This document shows positions 39,419 through 53,507 of a stretch of DNA of 64,000 nt, in pieces (position 1 is the stretch's first letter; every line of letters starts with the position of its first letter). Source of the DNA: Bugula neritina. Lineage: Eukaryota > Animalia > Bryozoa. Position numbers and translations under genes: made by a program. The stretch is taken from contig OZ037772.1 in NCBI GenBank assembly GCA_964035545.1, positions 2,914,001-2,978,000 on the forward strand, read 5' to 3'. The notes under the pieces were generated by a model that saw only the letters and a program-made list of their open reading frames with translations, had not been told where the DNA came from and ran no database searches.

Positions 39419-40521
39419 TTAAATTATATTATTCCTCTTAGCATCACATGTAGCATGAATATCAACTTATAGTTAGTGAGTTACTAGAAGTTTCTTTGTA
39501 ACGGAAACCAGTCCGGGTTCCCCTGCAGTTCCATCTCAACGAGTCTGGCCTGAGCTGAGGTCACCGCATGATGACATCATTCACTAGGTTCTTCTTGGTG
39601 TCTGGAAATTTTCCACCAGTTACTCCAGTGACTGAAAATGAAGTACTAATACCAGTGACTCGGTCTCAAACTTACTTACTGAGTCATTGTGATTATTAGT
39701 TGATGACTTAATGTTTTAGTGAAGTTATAGTTATAGTTAACTTATAGTCCTACTGACACTAATAGCTAATGTGCCATTCAGTCTCATCTTCATTCTCAGT
39801 AATTGTAATACTGATATTAAGACTAACTAACGCCTAATGCTAAGTTCAACTACTAATTATTACACTACTAGAACTACTACTACTACTAGAAGTAGTAGTT
39901 CTAGTAGTAGTATTAGTGGCGGTAGCGGTAGCAGTAGTAATGGGAGTACTAGTAGTAGTAGTAGTATTAGTAGTAGTATGACAGCGCTTCTTCATAGGAT
40001 CTGCCAGTCACCCAGTAGTTGTTGTCACTAAACTATGTGAAATATATAGAGGTCAAGAGGTCACCAGACTATCACCAACTTTCCATGTACCGATCTCAGA
40101 TCGATCTCAGCGAGATCGATCCATGGGAAGATGCCAAAGATCGATCTCCGTCGATCTGAGCTGGTCGGTCTGTGGAGCTCGAACTCAGATCGATCTCATG
40201 TCAATAAGACCATGGAAAGACACCAGATCGATCTGAGAAGTAGAAAAAGACTGCGTGCTACAATGTTGTCTGCTAATAAAAATGATAACTTATTGATAAT
40301 TACTAAGCAAAGTATTAAATAATCATGATAGCCGCCTTTTCAGATGCCAAAACTTTGACTTTCAGTACAATGATTAAGAAAACTCAATTATATGCAGAAG
40401 AAGGTAAAAAAAAATGGGAGAATTTAAATTGAGTTCAAATGACTATATTAAAACTCAGTTTCATAAGCTATTTCCTTTGTAATTTTAAGCCTAACAGTCC
40501 TGTAAGTTTATTAATAATCTG

Positions 40522-40783
40522 CAAGGGCCACACCCACTCCCGAAAGGGCCACACCCACTCCAGAAAGGGCCACACCCACTCAAGAAAGGGCCACACCTAC
40601 TCAAGAAAGGGCCACACCCACTCCAGAAAGAGCCACACCCACTCCAGAAAGGGTCACACCCACTCCAGAAATGGCCACACCCACTCCGGAAAGAGCCACA
40701 CCCACTCTAGAAAGGCCACACCTACTACAGAAAGGGCCACACCCACTTCAGAAAGGGCCACACCCACTTCAGAAATGGCCACA
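40522..40783. repeat. 21-bp minisatellite, copy B
   Basis: Same unit as 9471-9668. Confidence 0.95.
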
Positions 40784-41072
40784 TTAGAGGGAATTCATAG
40801 TTTATCAACATAAACATAGTCTGTGGTAAATATTAGGTCTGTGCTAAACCCACTTGCTTTCTGTAAATAACACCAGACAAAATCAAGAATGACTCATACC
40901 TCAGCCTTAGGTTGCCCCTGGATCTGCACAAAGTAGGCTGGTATTCTGTGCCCCCACCATAGCTGTCTGGAGATACACCAGCCCTTGGAGTTCCTCAGCC
41001 ATTTGTACCAAGTGACTGTGTGATAGTCTGGTATGATCTTTAGCTTGCCTGATTCTACTACCTGCATTATAC

Positions 41073-41555
41073 ATACTATACTATAGATATACTATGCTAT
41101 AGATATACTATACTATAGATATACTATGCTATAGATATACTATGCTATAGACATACTATACTATAGATATACTATGCTATAGATATACTATGCTATAGAT
41201 ATACTATGCTATAGATATACTATGCTATAGACATACTATGCTATAGATATACTATGCTATAGATATACTATGCTATAGATATACTATACTATAGATATAC
41301 TATGCTATAGATATACTATGCTATAGATATACTATGCTATAGATATACTATGCTATAGATATACTATACTATAGATATACTATACAGTACTAATATATAT
41401 ACTACACAGTACCAATATATTATACTATACAGCACTAATATATTATATACTATACACAGTACTAATACATATACTATACAGTACTAATATATTATATACT
41501 ATACAGTACTAATATATATACTATACAGTACTAATATATTATATACTATACATAA
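41073..41555. repeat. 15-bp minisatellite plus related repeat, copy B
   Basis: Fills nearly the whole ValRS intron between 41061 and 41572. Confidence 0.93.
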
Positions 41556-42198
41556 TATATAATACAAGTACCTCTACAGCCTTGGCTGCCATATCGTCAC
41601 ACGCCACATACCACTGTGGTTTGGGTATCGGCTCAATGATATCTTTAGATCGACTATAACACAAGAGACCACGGTGTGGAGGTCATTGTTAACAGACAGA
41701 CACACATAGTAACAGTTCAAATCAACAGCATTGTAAAATATAATGGATATGTTAATGGAGCTATTCTTTAGGAGAACAAGAGAGGACAACTTCTATTACA
41801 TTGAAATCTGTAACTATGAGTCATTTTACTTAATTTAGCACACAGAGCCATATACCTTTAGCTTTTAGCTATTGTTCACAGTTGAGCTGCTAATTCAACA
41901 TTTTAATGTAAGAAACTATACACATTAGCAGCTAAACTGTGAAAAATAGCTAAGAACCAGATATATTAAGTTGACTAATTGTGAAACAGCCAAAATAGGA
42001 AAATAAGACCTTGTAATGCAGTGAGCAAGGCAAGTTCAAGCTATACAACTTTAACATGTTGCATTACAGAAGAAAGATCTGCTTCATTTTGGTAAATAAC
42101 TATAAGTAATATTGGGAGTTACGCCACCTATGAGTAACAACATGGAGTTGTGTTTCTTTTCATAAACGCAAAAAGGTAAAAATTACTTGTTTTTTCGA

Positions 42199-42329
42199 GG
42201 TAGCACAACTCCTAATTGTGTCACATATTTCTAAGTTGAAATGGTTTTTCCTTGCATTATATATTATATAATGCAAGGAAAAACCATATCAACTTAGAAA
42301 TATGTCACACAATTAGGAGTTATGCCGCC
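42199..42329. repeat. ~130-bp palindrome, copy B
   Basis: Centre at 42264; homologous to 10455-10585. Confidence 0.9.
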
Positions 42330-42532
42330 TCTTTGTCAAACACACAGAATACTAGATTCACACACCAAACAGTACTCGTTGCTATATGAATAGACTCCAA
42401 TTTAATTCTCCCTCCGTATCTCAGTAAGCTGAGGGACCTGACACCTCAGTAGAATTCTTACCATAGCAGAATACCATATTTAACACACAGATCTGTTAAA
42501 TTATTTTGTCCCTACACACAAAAGGCTTTGAA

Positions 42533-43281
42533 AATACAGGACAACAGGCTATGAATATATAGGACAACAGGCTATGAATATACAAGACAACAGGCTATGA
42601 ATATACAGGACAACAGGCTATGAATATACAGGACAACAGGCTATAAATATACAGGACAACAGGCTATGAATATACAGGACAACAGGCTATGAATATACAG
42701 GACAACAGGCTATGAGTATACAGGACAACGGGCTATAAATATACAGGACAACGGGCTATGAATATACAGGACAACAGGCTATGAATATACAGGACAACAG
42801 GCTATGAATATACAGGACAACGGGCTATGAATATACAGGACAACAGGCTATGAATATACAGGACAACAGGCTATGAATATACAGGACAACGGGCTATGAA
42901 TATACAGGACAACAGGCTATGAATATACAAGACAACAGGCTATGAATATACAGGACAACAGGCTATGAATATACAGGACAACAGGCTATGAATATACAGG
43001 ACAACAGGCTATGAATATACAGGACAACAGGCTATGAATATACAGGACAACGGGCTATGAATATACAGGACAACAGGCTATGAATATACAGGACAACAGG
43101 CTATGAATATACAGGACAACGGGCTATGAATATACAGGACAACAGGCTATGAATATACAAGACAACAGGCTATGAATATACAGGACAACAGGCTATGAAT
43201 ATACAGGACAACAGGCTATGAATATACAGGACAACAGGCTATGAATATACAGGACAACAGGCTATGAATATACAGGAAACA
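42533..43281. repeat. 23-bp minisatellite, copy B (~32 units)
   Basis: Same unit as 10803-11364. Confidence 0.96.
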
Positions 43282-46056
43282 GAGCACCTGTCCCAAACTC
43301 CATCTCCACAAAGTCGTCAGCCACAATAGGTATTCTCCTGTCAGCAAAAAGATGTCTCACAAATTTCCCGTGTAAGTGTTTGTATCGGCCGTCTTCAGGG
43401 TGGACAGCCACGGCAGTGTCACCTACAATAGTTACCAGACTTTATAGTCTCTTACAGTATTGAGTATTGATATACAATTATATATTTACTGAGTGTTTAC
43501 CAGATCCAACTTCACAGTCACTATACTCAGAGTACACAACTCCCAGTAAGTTAGTATCAAGCTAATTAACCACTAACCCCCTATTCACACTTACCGTATC
43601 GTACGCCGTAACAGCAAATATCAGCCATTTTTATAAATGTCTGAGCTTCCTGTACGGTGTTGCGGTACGGTAGGATCAAGCACTGCTTGATTCAAATAAG
43701 TTGCGGCGGACTCCTATTGGACAGAAAAACTTTTGCGTTAATTCATTGGATATAAATGTCCAATGTAGCGTCATAGATCGTACCTAATAGCGGTTTTTGA
43801 AAACTTCAACCCGCACCTTAAACCAAAATGGAATAATAAAATTAGAGAACTTAGGCTATCTCGAGTTTTCCACTACTGCTCCTAAGTGAGAAGGTGAGAA
43901 TAATTAGAGAGATCTACTGGAGTTACTTCAACTGGCAGCAAGAGTCAGCCATTATTACGTTGCTAAGCAACAAAGCTATCAGTGACATTGATGTCTACTA
44001 ACCCAACATAGTGTCTAATCTAGTTGTGGCCACAATGATCTCTTCGTCAGAGTCTTCTACTTTATATGCAAAGGAAAGGAGAACTCCGAACTCCACTTTC
44101 TCCTTGTAGCCCGGCACAGAGAGCATAGTCCTTCCAGTCAACTCTACTTTGTCTACCTGCAATCAGTGATACAACTCTCTCAGACTATACAGGTCAAAGG
44201 TTAAACTGTAGTGTGTGCTTCTGAGTCACTGCGTTCTCATTCTTTTCTATTAGTTCACATTGTGTAAATGGATGCTCGTACTAATGAATATGTGGCTGTG
44301 GTCTCATTGATGTATTCATTCGAAGATAGTCATAATGTAATATATCAGGCTGTGTCTGAATACTACTATTAGGTTAGTTACCACCAACACACAAGTCTCG
44401 CAGTGAATAAACAGTTGACGTACACACAGCCGGGAGTCAGACTTATACTGTACGATATACCTCAATATCAGAGACGGCAGAGTTGAGAGAACAGGACCAG
44501 TTGACCAGTCGGTTAGCTCTGTAGATCAAACCTTTCTCGTGCATTCTGATAAACGCTTCGTTCACCGCTTTCAAAGATTTCTAATAAACAAGTATATATG
44601 AGTCATGTGTCAAGTGTGAACTGATTGGAGACAAGGCCTCATGATTAACCAATCATAGAGAGGATAACACACTGAGTCAGTAAATAGCCGACACGGCATA
44701 TAGACTCCACTACTCAAACATAATACATGTATAGAGAGGATAACTCCTCACCTCATCCATAGTGAACGTAGTTCTGTCCCAGTCATAAGACCCGCCCACT
44801 TTCCTCAACTGATGGTAGATTCTGTCTCCTTTTCTATAGAAATTATATAATAACACTGACCAATCGTTGTGCTGCAAAACTTAGTTATATTAGCAATTTA
44901 AATAATGAGACCAATGATAGAGTGTGATGAAGTAAACCTATATTTAACTTTTTGTATATTCAATTATATATATTAATTTTATCATATTAACGCTATTATA
45001 TTATCTTATATCAAACTGTAGCAACTGCACACCAATAAGATAAAATAAAAACTCAAACCCGAATACTAAGTCGCTATGAAATGCATTTTCAAGATAAAAT
45101 ATTCCCTTACTGGCTCTTCCAGTTCCACACTCGTCTCACAAACTCATCTCGTCCCAAATCGTGTCGAGTTTTATTCTCTTCTCTAGCGAGTTTTTTCTCG
45201 ACGACAACTTGAGTGGCTATTCCTGCGTGGTCACATCCGGGTACAAACAGTGTCACCTTCCCATTCATCCGGTGCCTGACAATACAACAGAACTGACACC
45301 TGCAGACACCTGACAACACAAGCATATCAGACACCTGTAGATATTCTGGAAAGGTGCTGAGAGAAATATCTGTGGTTGAAACAACATCAATATAATAGAT
45401 GAATGACTTATGCCAACCGGTACTTAACACAAATTTTCTCAGCATTCAAAAAAGAATTAACAGGGAGATGTTCATAGCCTGTCTGTGGAACATCTCAAAG
45501 TGAGTTGGCAAGATGCCGAAATGTCATGTAGTCACCACCAGAGGAATGGTGTCTACTGTTACATGCTATAAGCTACGTACACCACCAGTTTAGTGACTAG
45601 GTAAGTACGGAGTTGTCTCATCTATATGAATGAACATCTCACCACCGAACTATCGCATCCTCAACCGCCCCTGTGAGGGCGTGTCCTAGGTGAAGAGTCC
45701 CGGTCACATTAGGGGGAGGGATCATGATGATAAACTTCTCTTCAGGTGTGAGTTTCAGCACATCTCTACCTGTTACAAAGCAACCAATCCCATCTCTCTC
45801 GGTTACAAAGTAAAAAGCAACCAATCACAGTACCTGTTACAACAAAGTAACAAATCACACCTCTACGTGTTAGAAGTAACCAATCACACATTATAGACTT
45901 TACTATGATGAGAAGTGTACCTTTGAGATTATACTCAGGTTTGAAGAATCCTTCCTTCTCCCACCAAGAGTACCAGGCAGCTTCCACATAGGACGGGGAG
46001 TAAGAATCAGGCATGGGACACGTCGTGTCTAGAATAACAGAAAACTATAAAGTATA

Positions 46057-46250
46057 GGGGAGCAGCTGTGGTCTAGGGGTTAGAGCGTTTGTCTAGTGAA
46101 CATGAAGCCATTGTTTGACAAAGGCCACTGGTGATGGTAAGAAGAGCATCCAGTCATAATTGCTCCTCTGCCACATCTAAATAAGTCCTCCGCCTGTTTT
46201 AACAAAAATGCTTTCCACCAGGAGTCTCTCACAAGGTTGGTGACTATACA
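46057..46250 (+). mobile_element. Probable tRNA-derived SINE, copy B
   Basis: Homologous to 14018-14210. Confidence 0.5.
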
Positions 46251-48596
46251 CTTCTAGTATATAAATATACTAAGTTGAGACTTGTCTTCTACTGGTCCAT
46301 ACAGTTCAAATATGATAAACACATGTATAAATACAATAATCTATTCATAGCCCATAGTCTAACCACCAAAAAGGACGAATAAATAAGACGGTGGCCTGAC
46401 ACTACTACTACTACAACTTATATAACTTACACACAACAGATTGTTAGGAGTATTTGAATCTGAGGCTATCCAATGTATGAGTAGGGCAGCCCTAAATGTA
46501 GGATATTGGAATACGATGTCTTATTACTTCAGTCTAAAGCAGTGTTTATACCTTCACGATTTTTAGTCAGAAATTCAATTTTGCCCAGTCGCATTTCATT
46601 CTAAAAGCCAATCATCAAAATTTTTGCTTTGTACATGCTTAATCAAATAATTTTAGAGTAACAATCAAAGGGAATGATAACTCCTTTAGATATGGGGTAT
46701 TCATGTTTATAATTACATCGGCTGTCTTTTTCAATTATCACTTTTATGCTGTCAACTTAATTTATTACGTTTTCAAAGGGCATCAAATAGTGATTAAGCG
46801 AGTTATATTTGAGTATTACAGAGTGAGCTTCCTTATTAATATGATTTCAACAATTTTAAGTAAGACTGCTTACACACATAACTGTGTGTTCACTACCGAG
46901 CAGTGTACACTGATAAATCAGTGCTTCAACTGAAACTTGTAAGTAAAGGAATGAAGAGCTCAATTGAGTATAAAATGTAGAGAATAATTGAACTGAACCT
47001 TTCTTATGGCCAACTGGTGTGTCATCGACATACGTTACTACAGCCTTCTCCTTTTTCTCTTTCACTTTTTTCTAGAAAAAAAAAAAATCAAATTTGAAGA
47101 AAATAAAATGGAAATTGTTAGCTGCAGATACAGACAACTTCCAGGTAAAAGTACAGCCATACAGTCCCAATACGAATATGTAATTCAAGTAACACTTTCA
47201 TGTAGAAGTACAACCATAAATATGAATAGAAAGTAACACAAATATATACATTTAGGAGCAGGAGTGTAGAAATCGAGATAGCCTAGGTTCTTTAATCTTA
47301 TTATCAAATTTTGGTTTGGGGTTTGGGTTGAAATTCTTACAAAAACACAACTTCTTATGCTACATTTCTAATCTAGAACACAGGCTTTCTCAATTTCTCC
47401 ATTACTGCACCTACCTTAGTATATATAGAACCTGTAACTAACTAAACAGACACCTCAGTAGTCGTGGCAGACTCTGCCTTCTGTCTAGCCTGCTTAGCTT
47501 GAAACTTGGCTAGTTTAGCAGCTTTAGCAGCTTCTTTCTTCAACTCTTTCTCAGATTTCACCTTTACCTCGCCAGTTGGCGCATCACCAGGGTTCACTTC
47601 CGACATGTTCGTTTATTGTGAGACTTTCCTTAAAACACAATCAGCCGGCATGGAACTAATAGATATCTCAATACTAAACATACAAACTACTGACCCAGTA
47701 TAGTTATAGACAGATATCTTAATACTAATAATATAAACTAATGGCTCAGTATTGCCTTAGTTATGCGTGGGAGTTCAGTGATAAAACTCCTATAAACCAC
47801 ACAGTTCAATAATAAAAGACTGTGACTTTTCACGAACAGACATTTCATCTCTGATTCTAATGAAAAATCACGAAATTTTCAGACAAACGATACTGCATTT
47901 CAACTTTGTGACTATCACATAATAATAATCATTGTCATTTGAAAGATTCTGCTAAAATCGAAATGCCAATGTTAATCACAAGGTCAACCATAAATGACTC
48001 AGTCTGATGACTGACAATTATGCTTAATGATTAATTAGTAATATGAATAGATTGCAAGTGATCAGCATGATGATGGTGATGATTGCTTTTCACCATCAAA
48101 GGTCAAACTTTGTAATTGCAGCTTGAAATGTAAAATTAAATAATATTACTTTTATTTAATTATACAAGTATAACTTACTATCATAACAACATTCAACTTT
48201 ATGTAGTCATTATGAACATGATAACGGTTTACCTTTTACTTTAGGTGATAATTATACTATTCACGATTATCATTATGTCTACCATTATGATTATCTCAAC
48301 TTTAACTTATCAATTACGATAATTAACCATTTGTTTTTAATGATAAAAACTTAAATCATTGAATGAACATTAAAAATGATTTAATTTCACACTTTTATTA
48401 TCATAACTATGAAATTAATATTAATAGGCATATTTGATTTTTAGATTACAATAATAATTATGAAATCATGGTATAGAATTAAATAATTATTATAGTTAAT
48501 ATTATTATAAATATAATTAATATAATTGTATTTATTGAAACTAAAATAGTAAGGTAAACTAAATGAATTATCGACATGAGTATGAGTAGGCAGTAT

Positions 48597-48932
48597 GAGA
48601 AGGTGCAGCAGCAATTTGAGATCCCCGTTTGCAATACCTCATCAAAGATATAGAACAGGTGCAAAATAATGCAATCAGATTCATTGCTAAATTGAAAGGC
48701 AGAGACAGTATCACTGTGGCACGTGACAAACTAAACCTAGAATCTCTCCCCGACAGACGCTTCAAGCTGAGGCACAAGTTACTGTTGCGACTTCTATCTA
48801 ATGAGGGAAATCAGGCATCTCTAACCAACTCCTATGAACTGATGAACAGTAAAACCTAAAATACTAGGTTTACTAAGGCATCAAGCAGGGACGATCCCCC
48901 AACCATTTTTGCAAAATCAGCAGCCTACTACA
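48597..48932 (+). mobile_element. CR1/L2-group LINE remnant, copy B (3' end removed by a ~370-bp deletion)
   Basis: Homologous to ~16378-16712, then jumps to the sequence equivalent of ~17085. Confidence 0.83.
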
Positions 48933-50944
48933 AAATGAAATATTCATTATAAATATTTATATTTTTATTTTTCAAAAATTTTTAAATTTATTCATATCAT
49001 TTTATTTAGGTTCATCACCTTTCATTATGATTAATGAATTTCATAAATCATATTCATAACGATAATGATAATCACTTAAAAAATGAAAAGTGATAAACCC
49101 ATAATGATAATCATAATGATTATTATTATCATTTATCGCTTATCAGTGATAATCATAATCATAATGATAATCTTGATCATAATCAATATGAATATCAATA
49201 TCATGTTATACTTATTCAATAATTATAACTGATTGATTCTTATTCATATTAATAAATTAATGAATAAAAAATTATATTAACACTACAACTTACAGTTACT
49301 CAATTAGAGTATTAGTATTACTATTACTTACAACTTGCTTATGCAAGAGAATTAAATCTTTAAAGCGTAGCATCCTTTTCAAGCAAAATAAGGATAATAA
49401 GTTTCGTCAAATTGAGTTAAAAACTACAACTTATAAGTCACAAGTATAAAGCAAAGTCATCACTAATCCTAGTGGGTACGGCAAGCATATAGCATAATTT
49501 ATTTTACAATGCGACAAGATTATTTAGACGGTGCGCTTACGCCTCTCATTGTAGTTAGGCAATACCAATTGTATGGTTTTTATGACTTTAAAATCCGTTT
49601 TTGAGAAGCAAGGCTAGATAGAAATTAATGATCGATATTGACTCGCTAAGAGTACTCATGTAAACCCACAAACTACAACTTTTAACTTGACCGCAAAGCT
49701 GGAAGTACGATAAGCGTCGCCGTATTGATTTCAGGCGAATTTTAGTTGATTTCTTTCAAACTGCTGAGAAGTAATATTTGCTTCCATTTTATGTCTGTAT
49801 CAGCCATCAGGGCTATTGCGATACAATTATAAATGTTCTTAATTCAATCAATATTATGAAATAAATAATGTAGGATATTCAATTTTGACTATGTAGAATA
49901 ATCTCAATCTGAATAAGTATTATTTATTTATTGTAACACTTGCACTTCGTCTTACTCTTACTCTTAGACAGATAACATACTCATACTCATAGTACATACT
50001 CATACTGATAGTGATACTCAATCCCATACTCAATCTCATACTGAGTCTGATACTCATAGTCATAGTCATAGTCTTTGCCAGATTATTGCTAGATAATTTA
50101 AGCTAGTACCAGTACTACTACTAGTAGTACTACTACTAGTACTAATAATCACCGTACTAACTACTAATAGTAATAGTATTACTATTAGAGTAATACTAAT
50201 ACTAATACTACCACTAGTAGTAGCAGTAGTGCTAGTAGTAGTAGGCTACATGATGATGATCATTATGATTATGATTATGTAGATGGTTATTACTATAACT
50301 ATTACGGTATGAGTATAACTATAACTGTATTAGTATTTGATTTTATTTTGCATTGCTAATTGAAGACCATGCGTAAAATTAACTGTTTCTCTTTTTTCTA
50401 AGTTACATTTCAAGTTTCACACTAATAGACATATATGCTTTCAATTTTTTGGGTCTATCTTCAAGTTGTGAAACTTGACCAGTATGACTATGACTAACTG
50501 TAACTAGAATAAAATATTGAATAATAGAGAAGTTCCATACCGTTACACCTCCTTTGACTTGTGCTACCGTCGGTAGTGCTAAAAGAGTGGAGCCAAAGAA
50601 AAGCATAATCACAAAATTCACAGCCTGCTGGTTTGAGATTTTTGTGGTCTAGAGATTGTACTGGGTTACAGAGATCATTTTCCGTCTGTGAATTTTTGAT
50701 CCCTGCGGTTGTTTCTGACTGTGGGTAGTTGGAGGTGTTGAGGGAGTGGGCTCACTGGGTAGGTTATATTATTGTAATCATATTAACCAACTTGACAGTT
50801 TACTAATTCATTGTCTAACTCTGTCTGTCTTAGTCTAGTAACACTATTTATTTATTTATTTACTTATTAATTTATTTATTCGACTAAATCTTGTCTGTCT
50901 TTGTCTAGTAACACTATTTATTTATTTATTTACTTATTAATTTA

Positions 50945-53406
50945 ATTAAATTACTAGTTTATATTACCAAGTTATATTACTAGTTTATATTACCAAGTTA
51001 TATTACTAGTTTATGTTACCAAGTTATATTACCAGTTTATGTTACCAAGTTATATCACTAGTTTATGTTACCAAATTAAATTACTAGTTTATATTACCAA
51101 GTTATATTACCAAGTTATATTACCAGTTTATATCACCAAGCTATATTACTAGTTTATATTACCAAGTTATATTACTAGTTCATGTTACCAAGTTAAATTA
51201 CTAGTTTATATTACCAAGTCATATTACCAGTTTATATTACCAGTTTATGTTACCAAGTTATATTACTAGTTGATGCTACCAAGTTGTATTACTAGTTTAT
51301 ATTACCAAGTTATACTACCAAGTTATATTACTAGTTTATGTTACGAAGTTATATTAGTAGTTTATGTTACCAAGTTATATTACTAGTTTATGTTACGAAG
51401 TTATATTACTAGTTTATGTTACCAAGTTATATTACTAGTTTATGTTACCAAGTTATATTACTAGTTTATGTTACCAAGTTATATTACTAGTTTATGTTAC
51501 CAAGTTATATTACTAGTTTATATTACCAAGTTATATTGTTAGTTTATGTTACCAAGTTATATTACTGGTTTATATTACCAAGTTATATTACTAGTTTATA
51601 TTACCAAGTTATATTACTAGTTTATATTACCAAGTTATATTACTAGTTTATATTACCAAGTTATATTACTAGTTTATATTACCAAGTTATATTACTAGTT
51701 TATATTACCAAGTTATATTACTAGTTTATGTTACCAAGTTATATTACTGGTTTATATTACCAAGTTATACTACGAAGTTATATTACTAGTTTATGTTATC
51801 AAGTTATATTACTAGTTTATATTACCAAGTTATATTACTAGTTTATGTTACCAAGTTATATTGTTAGCTTATGTTACCAAGTTATATTACTAGTTTATAT
51901 TACCAGTTTATGTTACCAAGTTATAATACTAGTTTATGTTACCAAGTTATACTACTAGTTTATGTAACCAAGTTATATTACTAGTTTATATTACCAGTTT
52001 ATGTTACTAAGTTATAATACTAGTTTATGTTACCAAGTTATACTACTAGTTTATATTACCAAGTTATATTACTAGTTTATGTTACCAAGTTACATTACTA
52101 GTTAATGTTACCAAGTTATATTACTAGTTCATGTTACTAAGTTATATTACTAGTTTATGTTACGAAGTTATATTACTAGTTTATATTACCAAGTTATATT
52201 ACCAGTTTATGTTACCAAGTTATATTACTAGTTTATGTTACCAAGTTATATTACTAGTTTATGTTACCAAGTTATATTACTAGTTTATGTTACGAAGTTA
52301 TATTACTAGTTTATGTTACCAAGTTATATTACTAGTTTATATTACCAAGTTATATTACTAGTTTATGTTACCAGTTTATGTTACCAAGTTATATCACTAG
52401 TTTATATTACCAAGTTATACTACCAAGTTATATTACTAGTTTATGTTACGAAGTTGTATTACTAGTTTATATTACCAAGTTATATTACTAGTTTATGTTA
52501 CCAAGTTATATTACTAGTTTATGTTACCAAGTTATATTACTAGTTTATGTTACGAAGTTATATTACTAGTTTATGTTACCAAGTTATATTACTAGTTTAT
52601 ATTACCAAGTTATATTACTAGTTTATGTAACCAAGTTATATTACTAGTTTATGTTACCAGTTTATGTTACCAAGTTATATCACTAGTTTATATTACCAAG
52701 TTATACTACCAAGTTATATTACTAGTTTATGTTACCAAGTTATATTACTAGTTTATGTTACCAAGTTATATTACTAGTTTATGTTACCAAGTTATATTAC
52801 TAGTTTATGTAACCAAGTTATATTACTAGTTTATGTTACCAGTTTATGTTACCAAGTTATATCACTAGTTTATATTACCAAGTTATACTACCAAGTTATA
52901 TTACTAGTTTATGTTACGAAGTTATATTACTAGTTTATGTTACCAAGTTATATTACTAGTTTATATTACCAAGTTATATTACTAGTTTATGTAACCAAGT
53001 TATATTACTAGTTTATGTTACCAGTTTATGTTACCAAGTTATATCACTAGTTTATATTACCAAGTTATACTACCAAGTTATATTACTAGTTTATGTTACC
53101 AAGTTATATTACTAGTTTATGTTACCAAGTTATATTACTAGTTTATGTTACCAAGTTATATTACTAGTTTATGTAACCAAGTTATATTACTAGTTTATGT
53201 TACCAGTTTATGTTACCAAGTTATATCACTAGTTTATATTACCAAGTTATACTACCAAGTTATATTACTAGTTTATGTTACGAAGTTATATTACTAGTTT
53301 ATGTTATCAAGTTATATTACTAGTTTATATTACCAAGTTATATTACTAGTTTAGGTTACCAAGTTATATTACTAGTTTATGTAACCAAGTTATCTTACTA
53401 GTTTAT
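50945..53406. repeat. 26-bp satellite (ttatattactagtttatgttaccaag; two related 13-mers), ~2.45 kb
   Basis: Tandem array unique to copy B, with a 182-bp higher-order period in its 3' part. Confidence 0.97.
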
Positions 53407-53507
53407 ACTGCTAGTATTCAACAACTATTCTCCATCACATCTCAACTCTGACGCAACTACACTGACTAATCATACGAATAGTTTATAGTTTTTGTTGAAC
53501 TCTTCAG

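Larger units (their letters stand above)
40900..47606 (-). pseudogene. VARS1: Valyl-tRNA synthetase partial gene, copy B (first nine coding exons open)
   Basis: Exons 47606-47454, 47071-46999, 46028-45921, 45769-45643 ([20 protein letters not shown] motif), 45275-45111, 44833-44752, 44580-44461, 44156-44003, 43422-43288, then 41653-41572 ([16 protein letters not shown]) and 41061-40900 ([16 protein letters not shown]). The AVKITPAHD segment was not found, and there is no KMSKS or C-terminal half. Confidence 0.92.

Noticed and set aside
47607-50606. Upstream hydrophobic exon as an organellar targeting extension of ValRS
   Set aside because: There is an in-frame TAA between the acceptor (47628) and the ValRS ATG, so no N-terminal extension is possible.
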